Source of the DNA: a virus
Taxonomy: Duplodnaviria > Caudoviricetes
Strand: one strand, 5' to 3'
Length of the DNA stretch: 64,000 bases
IMG/VR virus record: IMGVR_UViG_3300025367_000001
Location: 3,152-67,151 of that record
In this document: one piece after another, positions 9,200 through 18,383 of the stretch
Position numbering within the stretch: the first letter of the stretch is position 1
Layout of the letters: each line of letters starts with the position of its first letter
Notes under the pieces: model-generated
What the model saw: the letters and a program-made list of their open reading frames with translations, nothing else
Told to the model about the DNA's origin: nothing
Databases searched by the model: none
Position numbers and translations under genes: made by a program

Positions 9200-10413
9200 T
9201 GAGCTATCGGTATTCAAGTTCTTTTGAAAAACCCGGGTTAAATACCTTGGTTTCACCATCCCCCTCTGGATCATACACCCAATACGGCGGCATCTGGAAA
9301 CTCTCCGCAGCAAGCGCAGCTCAGGGTGCTGGAACTTGGGCAAAAGTGACACAGCCTCATCTTTATGGTTGGGGAGGCAATGCTTCTGGCGCTTTAGGTT
9401 TAGGAAACACAACCTCTTATTCATCCCCTAGGCAGGTTGGATCATTGACTACATGGTTATCAGTTGCAGCAAGTTTTTATTATACATTGGCAACCAAAAC
9501 TGATGGAACATTATGGGCATGGGGGTACAACAATATTGGTCAACTAGGCCTTGGAAATACAACAAGGTATTCCTCTCCAATGCAAGTCGGTTCTTTAACT
9601 AATTGGCTAACCGTTTCTTGTGGTGCATATCACACAGCAGCTATTAAAACTGATGGAACTTTATGGACTTGGGGAAAAAATTTTTACGGTCAATTGGGCT
9701 TAGGAAATACAACAGCCTATTCATCTCCAGTTCAAGTAGGTTTGTTAACCAATTGGTTATCAGTGTCATGCGGTTATGTATACACTGCATCTATAAAAAC
9801 AGACGGTACTTTATGGACTTGGGGTAGAAATACTTACGGTCAATTAGGCACTAACAATGGAACAAATTATTCATCCCCAAAACAAATTGGTGCGTTAACA
9901 AATTGGTCAACAATAGCATGCGGTGCAAACCATACCATATCTGTTAAAACTAATGGAACTCTTTGGGCTTGGGGATATAATTTATATGGTCAATTAGGTT
10001 TGGGAAATAGGACATATTATTCCTCACCAGTGCAGGTTGGGTCTTTAAATACATGGTCATCAATATCTTGTGGACAAAATTACACAGAATCTATTAAAAC
10101 CGATGGAACGCTATGGTCTTGGGGATATAATCCTTATGGTGCATTAGGATTGAATAATAGAACTAACTATTCATCTCCAAAACAAGTTGGATCACTAACC
10201 AATTGGCTTATAGTATCATGCGCACAGTACTCCACACTATCAATTAAAACAGACGGTACTCTTTGGGGATGGGGATATAATGGTGCTGGTGGTTTAGGAA
10301 CGGGAAACACTACCTATTATTCATCGCCTAAACAAGTTGGCTCATTAACTACTTGGAGTAAACTATTTAAAGGTTATGCAACTACCTCAACATTTGGAAT
10401 AGCAAAAACTTAA
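9199..10413 (+). CDS. RCC1/BLIP-II repeat 7-blade beta-propeller (paralog 2)
   Basis: Same repeat architecture and length (404 aa) as 6151..7365. Confidence 0.85.
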   Translation: MSYRYSSSFEKPGLNTLVSPSPSGSYTQYGGIWKLSAASAAQGAGTWAKVTQPHLYGWGGNASGALGLGNTTSYSSPRQVGSLTTWLSVAASFYYTLATKTDGTLWAWGYNNIGQLGLGNTTRYSSPMQVGSLTNWLTVSCGAYHTAAIKTDGTLWTWGKNFYGQLGLGNTTAYSSPVQVGLLTNWLSVSCGYVYTASIKTDGTLWTWGRNTYGQLGTNNGTNYSSPKQIGALTNWSTIACGANHTISVKTNGTLWAWGYNLYGQLGLGNRTYYSSPVQVGSLNTWSSISCGQNYTESIKTDGTLWSWGYNPYGALGLNNRTNYSSPKQVGSLTNWLIVSCAQYSTLSIKTDGTLWGWGYNGAGGLGTGNTTYYSSPKQVGSLTTWSKLFKGYATTSTFGIAKT

Positions 10414-10429
10414 CAAAAGGAGCATTAAC

Positions 10430-10822
10430 ATGGCATTATATGTACAAGTAGTAAACAATGAAGTAAAACAGTGCATCGACACTGTACCCGCTGAAGGCGT
10501 AGGTAACGCTGGCTGGAAGAACGCAGTTGAAGTTCGCCCAACCATCACCCCAAATCGTCAAGGCTACACAGCGCACACATTTGATCTAACAACAGATCCA
10601 GTGCAAATTGTGTACGGCACATTTGACATTCCTGTAGCAGACCGTCAAAAAGGCATGATCGCTAACGCTAACTTTGCTGTGTCACAGTTGCTTCAGGGTA
10701 TGTCCCATGATCCAAGCACTTTTAATGCAGACACAATTCATACCGCCCAAGCTGACGCTGCTACTAAAATTGCCGCAATTGAAGCTGCTACAACACACGA
10801 CCAATTGGACGCTATCCAGTGA
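10430..10822 (+). CDS. Tail fibre assembly-like protein
   Basis: AAAAGGAG SD; C-terminal IEAATTHDQLDAI resembles fibre chaperones. Confidence 0.45.
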   Translation: MALYVQVVNNEVKQCIDTVPAEGVGNAGWKNAVEVRPTITPNRQGYTAHTFDLTTDPVQIVYGTFDIPVADRQKGMIANANFAVSQLLQGMSHDPSTFNADTIHTAQADAATKIAAIEAATTHDQLDAIQ

Positions 10823-11247
10823 AAATTCTCATCATGGGATTGCCAGGCTCTGGTAAAACAACTCTGGCACAAGCTCTTTGCAAGCAATTGGGTGCGGTTC
10901 ACCTTAATGCAGATACCATGCGTAATCGTGTTTGGACAGACTTAGACTTTTCTTTATCCTGCCGCCTAATCCAAGCTCACCGCATGGGCGCTTTATCTGA
11001 TGTGCTAAACGAACAAGGTTTAGATACAGTAGCAGACTTTGTTTGCCCAACAGAATATGCCCGTGAGAACTTTGGTAAAGGCTTTTATATTTGGGTAGAC
11101 CGTATTGAAAAAGGTCGATTTGAAGATACCAATAAGATGTTTGAGACACCATCAAAAGTAGATCTGCGTATCCCCGATGGCTTGACGGTAGAGCAAGAGG
11201 TTGATATGGTTATTAAAGCTATTACTAAGTTTAAGAAGGCAGCATGA
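10819..11247 (+). CDS. cysC: Adenylylsulfate (APS) kinase-like protein
   Basis: GLPGSGKTT P-loop, LNADTMR, DFS...R, DFVCPT, FETP. Confidence 0.7.
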   Translation: MKILIMGLPGSGKTTLAQALCKQLGAVHLNADTMRNRVWTDLDFSLSCRLIQAHRMGALSDVLNEQGLDTVADFVCPTEYARENFGKGFYIWVDRIEKGRFEDTNKMFETPSKVDLRIPDGLTVEQEVDMVIKAITKFKKAA

Positions 11248-11447
11248 ACGATAGCCCTATTAGAAGCCTAGCTAAAGCCATTTCTTGGAGGGTTACAGGA
11301 ACTCTAGATACCTTTATAATTAGCTGGATTATAACTGGTCAAGCGCTATTGGCTTCTGGCATTGCTCTTACAGAAATTTTGACCAAGATTTGCCTGTTTT
11401 GGTTTCATGAACGGGTTTGGAACAAAATTAACTTTGGTAGACAATAA
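11244..11447 (+). CDS. DUF2061-like small membrane protein
   Basis: RSLAKAISWR...FHERVW signature. Confidence 0.7.
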   Translation: MNDSPIRSLAKAISWRVTGTLDTFIISWIITGQALLASGIALTEILTKICLFWFHERVWNKINFGRQ

Positions 11448-12349
11448 TGTTTGGAATAAGTGCATTTGCTCAATCTCCTTTTGCCTCATTAGGCACGAAT
11501 GCTTATGCACTTAGTATTACCGAAAACGTTAGCTTAGCCGACTCAAATACACAGGCTAGCGCATTTCTACAAAGTATTACTGAGCCAGTTACTTTAAATG
11601 ATGTTAATTCCGAAGGCGTTATTTTCTTTGGATCGGTTTCAGAAAACGTTGGTTTAGCTGACACGCCAACAATATCTTCAATTGCCTTGTTTAGCATTAC
11701 AGAGAACGTTAATTTCGCTGATGCTAATTCTCCATTCAATAACTACGTGTTTTCACAATCTGAAAATTTAACTGTTGCTGATGTTTTGGTGTCTTATTTT
11801 GCCGCTTTAGAAGACCGCTCTGAATCAATTAACAGTATTTTAGACTTAAATTCTACCCAATCTGCGTTTGTAAATACCATAGCGGAACCATTGAGTTTGG
11901 CAGATTCTAGGTCGGCTACCGCCCAGTTTGCAGCTAGCATTACCGAGAATATTACCGTAGCTGGTGTTATTTCTTTGGCAGCGCAATATGCCTTGACTAT
12001 TAGCGAAAACGCTACGCTGGCAGACGTAGAAAGCATTGTTCAAACGTTTATTTTAGCCATTACAGAGAACTTATCTGTTGCTGATACCGCTTCAATTATT
12101 AGTGTATTTAGCCTATCTATTACCGAAAACTTTGTTTTGGGGGATTCTAACTCGGTTCAAACAAGCTTTGTGGCTGCGATTACAGAAAATGTCAACCTGC
12201 TAGACTCGCTTATTACCGCAGGATGGGTTAAAATCAACGATAATCAGACATCGGCATGGAACACAATTAGCAATACCCAAAACCCAGGGTGGGGTACCAT
12301 AAGTGACAGCCAAAACCCAAACTGGACAGACATAGATGACAATCAATAA
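11447..12349 (+). CDS. Fibre/spike protein with ~19-aa SITEN..LAD repeats
   Basis: MFGISAFAQSPFASL start; many ITEN repeats; C-terminal W..I.D.Q repeats. Confidence 0.65.
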   Translation: MFGISAFAQSPFASLGTNAYALSITENVSLADSNTQASAFLQSITEPVTLNDVNSEGVIFFGSVSENVGLADTPTISSIALFSITENVNFADANSPFNNYVFSQSENLTVADVLVSYFAALEDRSESINSILDLNSTQSAFVNTIAEPLSLADSRSATAQFAASITENITVAGVISLAAQYALTISENATLADVESIVQTFILAITENLSVADTASIISVFSLSITENFVLGDSNSVQTSFVAAITENVNLLDSLITAGWVKINDNQTSAWNTISNTQNPGWGTISDSQNPNWTDIDDNQ

Positions 12350-12358
12350 GGAAAAATT

Positions 12359-13969
12359 ATGAGTTCTACATATACACCCAGTCTAACGCTTACCCAAATC
12401 GGTAACGGCGAACAATCAGGTACTTGGGGTACAACTACCAATACCAACTGGCAATTAATTGAAGATTCTGTAGCTGGTGTAGCAACAGTCTCCGTATCAG
12501 GCACAACAGGGGCTACCCTATCCGTTGCCAACGGTGCAACCGACCAATCTAGAAAAGCAGTTATTATTGTTAACGGTGCAACCTCTGGTACAAACGCTAT
12601 TGTTGCTCCATTGCAGCCTAAAGTTTATGTTGTTTCTAACCAAACAACTGGTGGATTCTCTATTACTATCGGTGCTTCTACAGGCTCAATTGTTACTATT
12701 CCTAATGGAGTTACTACTTTAGTCTACTGTGATGGTACAAACTTTAGCTCTGGTATTACGGGCTTTACTGGCGGTAACCTAAGTATTAGCGGAAATATTA
12801 CAGCTACTGGCACAGTTACAGGGGCTACTTTTGCCACATCTGGTGGTGTTCCACAACTAGGTGGCGGTGCAACAGGACAAATACCTTATCAAACAGGCGC
12901 TAATGCTACAGGGTATACCCCAACTCCAACTGCAGGTTCTTATTTGTCATGGAACGGAACAGCCTATACATGGTCTACTGGTAGCGTAACTACGGCATCT
13001 AATCTTGCTGGCGGTAGTGCTAACTCAGTCCCATATCAAACTTCTGCAGGTAATACATCTTTCCTTACTCCTACTGGCGGCACTCCACTTACTTTGCAAT
13101 ACAACGGCTCTACCCTTAACTGGGCAGCTGCCGGCGCAGTATCTAGCTTTTCTGGAAGCTCAACTGGGTTAACTCCAAATACGCCGACTACGGGTGCAAT
13201 TACTCTTGGTGGAATACTAAACGTTGCTAACGGCGGTACTGGCGCAGCGTCATTCTCTGCTGCAGGGCTATTAACTACTTCTACTGGCGCACAGCTAAGC
13301 GGTGGAACATCTGGTTCGTTCCAAGTTTTTACTGGGTATAACGCATTTACCAATGGAGCGACTTTTGGATCCGTTGGAGCTGGTATTGGCGTTGGAGCTG
13401 CGGCCATTAATTTTACTACATACACATCTATTTTTTATAGCGCCAGCCAAATGCAATTTGCTGTTAGTGGGTCTAGTTTTAATGATGTGTTGCTTTTAGA
13501 TCCTAGTTATATATACGCTAATAAATCATTAATTCCGTATTCAGATAATAGTTTTTCTTGTGGCGGTGGCGCTAATCGTTGGACTCAAATATACGCTGTT
13601 AGCAACGTAATTAATACTTCTGACGAAAACGAAAAAACAGAAATATCTAGCTTAGATGAAGTAGAAAAACGTGTAGCTACAAGAATCAAGGGTTTAGTTA
13701 AGAAGTATAAATGGAAAGATTCTGTTGCTGAAAAAGGTGCAGATAGCGCACGTATCCATGTTGGCTTTATTGCACAGGACATTAGAGATGCATTTGTAGC
13801 TGAAGGGCTTGACCCAACTAGATATGGTATGTTCTGTTCTGATGATATCCCTGCAGAAGAAGCGGTATATTACCCAGACGGTACATTGAAAAAAGCAGCG
13901 GTTATTGCCTGCACTCGTTTAGGCGTACGGTATGACCAAGTAATTGCTTTTATTATTTCAGCCCTTTAA
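12359..13969 (+). CDS. Tail fibre with C-terminal peptidase S74-type intramolecular chaperone
   Basis: GEQSGTWGTTTNTN N-terminus; TSDENEK...HVGFIAQ...GVRYDQ. Confidence 0.8.
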   Translation: MSSTYTPSLTLTQIGNGEQSGTWGTTTNTNWQLIEDSVAGVATVSVSGTTGATLSVANGATDQSRKAVIIVNGATSGTNAIVAPLQPKVYVVSNQTTGGFSITIGASTGSIVTIPNGVTTLVYCDGTNFSSGITGFTGGNLSISGNITATGTVTGATFATSGGVPQLGGGATGQIPYQTGANATGYTPTPTAGSYLSWNGTAYTWSTGSVTTASNLAGGSANSVPYQTSAGNTSFLTPTGGTPLTLQYNGSTLNWAAAGAVSSFSGSSTGLTPNTPTTGAITLGGILNVANGGTGAASFSAAGLLTTSTGAQLSGGTSGSFQVFTGYNAFTNGATFGSVGAGIGVGAAAINFTTYTSIFYSASQMQFAVSGSSFNDVLLLDPSYIYANKSLIPYSDNSFSCGGGANRWTQIYAVSNVINTSDENEKTEISSLDEVEKRVATRIKGLVKKYKWKDSVAEKGADSARIHVGFIAQDIRDAFVAEGLDPTRYGMFCSDDIPAEEAVYYPDGTLKKAAVIACTRLGVRYDQVIAFIISAL

Positions 13970-13978
13970 GGAGCGTAT

Positions 13979-14170
13979 ATGTTTATAGTAACTTGGTTGT
14001 TTGATAAGTTAGGCTATATACCTAAGATTGATATGCAAGTTGGCGCAGTAAATCAAGCTTGGCCTTTCCCTGTGGTTGAAGTTACGTCTTTATCTGAAAA
14101 ACCTAAATCACAAACAAAGAAAAAGCCAGTAGTTAAAAAAGCTACGACACGTAAACCAAAGGCTAAGTAA
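13979..14170 (+). CDS. Small hypothetical protein with Lys-rich tail
   Basis: AAGGAG SD; WPFP motif. Confidence 0.5.
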   Translation: MFIVTWLFDKLGYIPKIDMQVGAVNQAWPFPVVEVTSLSEKPKSQTKKKPVVKKATTRKPKAK

Positions 14171-14718
14171 TGCTTTACTTACTGTATATGTTGTTAGTCC
14201 CACTAAATTTAGTGGTAACTGCACTTGCTTTTTTATTAGCCCCTATCCTTCCTGTTTTTTCTGGTAACGAATACGGCTGGTTAGACAATGGCTCTAAAGA
14301 AGGGTTTGGCCCACGCCTACCTAAATGGCTTGGATGGTTTCAAACTTGGGATAATTCACTAGACGGCGATGCTACTTTTGAAAAGGCTAACCCGCCAAGT
14401 TATATCAGTAAAATCAAATGGCTAATCCGCAATCCAGCTCCATCTGTTGCGTTGCGTACTTTAACAGCACCATATAACACCAGCTATAAAGGCGACCCAA
14501 CAATCAAGGATAACGATAATGCAAAATCTGGCTGGTTACTCGTTCACGCTAATGGATTATTTCAGTTTACGTTTATTATTCCTATTGGTTTTAGCCGTTG
14601 TGTTTACTGCAATTTTGGCTGGAATATTAGAGCTTTGGTTGATGATAACGTCCAGCCTAAACCTAACCCCTACCAAGCAACATTTGTCTTTTCACCAAGA
14701 ATAAGTGGCTTTAGATGA
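14170..14718 (+). CDS. Membrane-anchored hypothetical protein
   Basis: Hydrophobic N-terminus; WFQTWDNSLDGD, WLIRNP. Confidence 0.6.
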   Translation: MLYLLYMLLVPLNLVVTALAFLLAPILPVFSGNEYGWLDNGSKEGFGPRLPKWLGWFQTWDNSLDGDATFEKANPPSYISKIKWLIRNPAPSVALRTLTAPYNTSYKGDPTIKDNDNAKSGWLLVHANGLFQFTFIIPIGFSRCVYCNFGWNIRALVDDNVQPKPNPYQATFVFSPRISGFR

Positions 14719-14936
14719 AAGACTTTCTTAACCAGCTTCTAACTGGGAGAGATAACCATACTCAAGATATTGCTAGGTGGAGTTGGTTAATTTGTTTACT
14801 TGCAGTTATTGCCCTAGCGGGTTATGAAGCAATGCACAGTGCGGTTAGCTTAAGAGAGTTAGCAGAAGCGTTTGGTATTGTTGCCGGCGCACATGGGGCT
14901 GCAGTTATGATGAAAAAAGATACGGAGCCTCAATAA
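14715..14936 (+). CDS. Putative holin
   Basis: 73 aa, two hydrophobic segments, directly upstream of spanins and endolysin. Confidence 0.55.
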   Translation: MKDFLNQLLTGRDNHTQDIARWSWLICLLAVIALAGYEAMHSAVSLRELAEAFGIVAGAHGAAVMMKKDTEPQ

Positions 14937-15361
14937 TGTGGGGACTTTTAGGTAACTATGCAAATCTCGTCAAAGCTGGACTTATTGTTTTTGCTATATG
15001 CTTGGTATTTTTTGCTGGCTGGCATATGCGGGATAGGGATTTTACTACATACAAAATGGCAATCCAAATCGCAGCAGAGAAACAGCAGGCGCAAACGGAG
15101 TCAATCCAAGCGCAACACGAACTTGTAACAAAAGGAATCCAAGATGAATACGAAGCTAAGCTTGTTGCTCTTCGCAACTACTATAAGTCTACTAGCGTGT
15201 GGAACAACCCCAGTAGCAGTACCATGTCCGGTATTTCCACGGCCCCCAAGTCAGCTGATGTTATCGCCGCCCACAATGAACTTGCTGGAAATTGCGCCCA
15301 AACAACCTTGATGCTAGTTGAACTTCAAAAATGGCTTAATGAACAGATTGGTATTAAATGA
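14936..15361 (+). CDS. Inner-membrane spanin (Rz-like)
   Basis: N-terminal TM, coiled coil, embedded lipoprotein gene. Confidence 0.75.
   Translation: MWGLLGNYANLVKAGLIVFAICLVFFAGWHMRDRDFTTYKMAIQIAAEKQQAQTESIQAQHELVTKGIQDEYEAKLVALRNYYKSTSVWNNPSSSTMSGISTAPKSADVIAAHNELAGNCAQTTLMLVELQKWLNEQIGIK
15144..15311 (+). CDS. Outer-membrane spanin (Rz1-like lipoprotein) embedded in +1 frame, 55 aa
   Basis: Own translation MNTKLSLLLFATTISLLAC-GTTPVAVPCPVFPRPPSQLMLSPP...: lipobox LLAC, Pro-rich. Confidence 0.8.
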   Translation: MNTKLSLLLFATTISLLACGTTPVAVPCPVFPRPPSQLMLSPPTMNLLEIAPKQP

Positions 15362-15879
15362 AAGACAATTTTGCAGACGCCCTAACAGCGCTTTTAATCC
15401 ATGAAGCAGGATTTGTTGATAATAAAGACGATCCCGGTGGTATGACAAACCTTGGAGTTACTGCCTCAACATGGGCTATGTGGGTAGGGCATGATGTAAA
15501 CGAAAAGCAGATGCGTGCTCTAACGCCGTCTATTGTTGCTCCTTTATATAGAAGGAAATTTTGGGATGCTTGCAGAGCTGATGAGCTTATATCTGGTCTT
15601 GACTACGCTGTTTTTGACTACGCTGTTAATTCCGGGGTCGGGCGTGCTATTAAGGCTTTGCAGAATTGCGTTGGGGTTGCTCCTGATGGCGGTTTTGGTA
15701 CAACCACTATGGCTGCCGTAAGCCAGTTTACGGGCGATGCAGCTAAAACTTTAATTGAAGAATACTGTGAAAATCGGTTACAATTTCTCAAATCCCTGAA
15801 GACTTTTCCTGTGTTCGGTAAAGGTTGGGAAAAACGGGTGAATGAAGTCAAAGCCATGTCACTTAAGATGCTAGGGTAA
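15358..15879 (+). CDS. Endolysin, glycoside hydrolase family 108 with peptidoglycan-binding domain
   Basis: HEAGFV...DPGGMTNLGVT, FDYAVNSG, FGKGW. Confidence 0.85.
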   Translation: MKDNFADALTALLIHEAGFVDNKDDPGGMTNLGVTASTWAMWVGHDVNEKQMRALTPSIVAPLYRRKFWDACRADELISGLDYAVFDYAVNSGVGRAIKALQNCVGVAPDGGFGTTTMAAVSQFTGDAAKTLIEEYCENRLQFLKSLKTFPVFGKGWEKRVNEVKAMSLKMLG

Positions 15880-15885
15880 ACACAA

Positions 15886-18054
15886 ATGCCATTACAAAAG
15901 TTACAGTTTCGCCCAGGGGTAAATAGAGAAGGAACCGACTATAGTAATGAGGGCGGGTGGTTTGATTGTGAAAAAGTTCGTTTTCGTTCTGGTTTTCCTG
16001 AAAAATTAGGCGGTTGGCAACAAATTTCCAATAGTCAATTCCAAGGCGTTTGTCGTTCTTTATGGGTATGGGCAGATGGCGATGGCGGTGCTGGAACGGT
16101 CTATATAGGGCTAGGCACTAATAGTAACTATTACATTTATCAAGGTGGTGTTTATTACGACATTACCCCTGTGATTCAAACAGATACGCTAACAAACCCC
16201 TTTACAGGCAGTGGCACAACAACTGTTACAGTTACCGACGCTTCTTATAATCCTAATGTTGGAGACTCTGTATATATTACAAGTAGCGCTCCTGTAGGTT
16301 CTGCAGCTGGATGGGGTGTCGATGGCTGGGGTGTTGATGCTTGGGGTGGCTACTATGGCACGGGAGTTACTATATCCGGTGTTTATACTGTTACTTCAGT
16401 TATTTCTTCTACGCAGTATACAATTCAGTCAACTGTGCCAGTTACGGGAGTGGGTGGCGGTACAGTTACTATTGCATACAAGTATCCAGCTGGGTTAGAT
16501 GTTTACGTTACTGGTACTGGGTGGGGCGCCGGACCTTGGTCTCGTGGTGCTTGGGGTTCTTCATATTCTTCAGGAATTGGTCAGCAGCTTCGTCTTTGGT
16601 CTAATGATAATTTTGGTACTGACCTTGTTTTAGCTCCTCGTGGTGGACCTATATTCTATTGGTCAGATAGCAGCGGCGTATCAACACCCGCAACATATGT
16701 AAGTTCTTTAGCTAATTCTACTGTTGCCTATACTGATGGTGGGTCGGGTACATCGTTTTCTTCTGGCGCATCTAGTATCACAGTATCAGCTTCTCTTGCG
16801 CCTAACCTATATCCGTACATGGTAATTACAGGAACCCACATCGCTGCAGGTACTAAGATAGCCTCAAATTATGTTACTGGCTCTACTACAGTACCTATAA
16901 CAAGCCCAACAACAGGTACACAGTCAGGTACTTATTCTTTCTCATATGCTGGTTCTTTTGTGCCAACATCAACGTACCAAGTTATTACCTCAGCTATTCA
17001 AGAATTTGTTATTGCATTTGGAGCCAATTCATATATTCCAAATAATGCAGCAACTACATTTAACCCGATGTTAGTGCGGTGGTCAGACCAAGCTAATCCT
17101 TACCAGTGGGTACCAATAGCCACTAATCAATCTGGCGAATATTTGCTTACCAACGGCTCCTATATTATGGGTGCGCGTGCCACACGCCAAGAGATTCTGG
17201 TTTGGACTGATTCCTGTCTGTATTCTATGCAATATTTAGGTGCTCCGTATGTTTGGGGTTTCCAAGTATTAATGGATAACATCTCAGTAATATCACCTAA
17301 CTCTATGATTACTGTTAACAACGTTACTTATTGGATGGGGCGCGACAGATTCTATATGTATTCTGGACGGGTAGAAGTTCTACCTTGCTCATTACGCCAG
17401 TATATTTTTGCAGACATAAACCAAGACCAGTCATATCAAGTATTTGCGGGAAACAATGATGCCTTTAACGAGGTTTGGTGGTTCTATGTTAGCGAATCAA
17501 GCGGCGGTACTACAGTAGACAAATACGTTATTTATAACTATCTAGATAGAGTCTGGTACTACGGTAATATGAACCGTTCTGCTTGGTTCCAAACAGGTAT
17601 TTTACAAAGCCCAATTGCAGCAGATTACAACAATAGAGTACTAAATCATGAAGTTGGCTGCGATGATAATGCTACTACAACAACACTGCCTATAGACGCC
17701 TACGTACAAAGCTCTGATTTTGATATTGGTGACGGGCACAACTTTGGCTTTGTATGGCGCATACTGCCTGATGTAAACTTTAACGGGTCTACTATAAACC
17801 AACCATCAGTAACGATGACCGTAAAGCCCCGTGAAAACTCTGGTACACCATACGGTGTTGCGGATACCCCTCAAGTTCAATCTGCTCAAAACTATACAAC
17901 AGTTCCAGAATATACAATTCAACAGTTTGATGGCCAGGTTTATACAAGACTACGTGGGCGGCAGATGAGCTTCAGAATAGAATCTACTGAGGTCGGTGTT
18001 GCTTGGCAGTTGGGTAGTCCTCGTATTGATATTAGACCTGATGGGCGTAGATAA
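15886..18054 (+). CDS. Tail nozzle / stabilisation protein (P22 gp10 / T7 gp12-like)
   Basis: MPLQKLQFRPG..KVRFR start, VRWSDQ, end DIRPDGRR; precedes ejection genes. Confidence 0.6.
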   Translation: MPLQKLQFRPGVNREGTDYSNEGGWFDCEKVRFRSGFPEKLGGWQQISNSQFQGVCRSLWVWADGDGGAGTVYIGLGTNSNYYIYQGGVYYDITPVIQTDTLTNPFTGSGTTTVTVTDASYNPNVGDSVYITSSAPVGSAAGWGVDGWGVDAWGGYYGTGVTISGVYTVTSVISSTQYTIQSTVPVTGVGGGTVTIAYKYPAGLDVYVTGTGWGAGPWSRGAWGSSYSSGIGQQLRLWSNDNFGTDLVLAPRGGPIFYWSDSSGVSTPATYVSSLANSTVAYTDGGSGTSFSSGASSITVSASLAPNLYPYMVITGTHIAAGTKIASNYVTGSTTVPITSPTTGTQSGTYSFSYAGSFVPTSTYQVITSAIQEFVIAFGANSYIPNNAATTFNPMLVRWSDQANPYQWVPIATNQSGEYLLTNGSYIMGARATRQEILVWTDSCLYSMQYLGAPYVWGFQVLMDNISVISPNSMITVNNVTYWMGRDRFYMYSGRVEVLPCSLRQYIFADINQDQSYQVFAGNNDAFNEVWWFYVSESSGGTTVDKYVIYNYLDRVWYYGNMNRSAWFQTGILQSPIAADYNNRVLNHEVGCDDNATTTTLPIDAYVQSSDFDIGDGHNFGFVWRILPDVNFNGSTINQPSVTMTVKPRENSGTPYGVADTPQVQSAQNYTTVPEYTIQQFDGQVYTRLRGRQMSFRIESTEVGVAWQLGSPRIDIRPDGRR

Positions 18055-18350
18055 TGGCTATTACACCTGAAAAGACTGGGGTACCTGTACCTTCAAAAGC
18101 CCCCAATTTACCCATAGCGCCAGTAGACTATACGCAGGTATACCAAGACCAGCTTAATAATGCGTTGCGCCTTTATTTTAATCAGGTGGATAATTTTGCT
18201 TTAAGCACAAACACGCCTTTAATTGGTACTACAACACAACGCCCCACAGATAATGTGCAAATAGGCTTAATTTATTTTGATACTACTTTAGGTATCCCGG
18301 TTTGGTGGACTGGAACTAAATGGGTAAACGCTAGTGGTACAACAGTTTAA
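18054..18350 (+). CDS. Small tail protein
   Basis: NALRLYF; GTTTQRP...YFDTTLG.PVWW...WVNA. Confidence 0.55.
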   Translation: MAITPEKTGVPVPSKAPNLPIAPVDYTQVYQDQLNNALRLYFNQVDNFALSTNTPLIGTTTQRPTDNVQIGLIYFDTTLGIPVWWTGTKWVNASGTTV

Positions 18351-18383
18351 GTGGTAAAATCGGTAAAAAGTAAAGGATAGATT

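Noticed and set aside
6151-10413. Diversity-generating retroelement acting on the RCC1 genes (25 of 28 codons at the two variable positions of WGxNxxG end in T/C, as expected from AAY mutagenesis)
   Set aside because: No reverse transcriptase in the window and no template/variable pair differing only at adenines; third-position T bias can explain the pattern.
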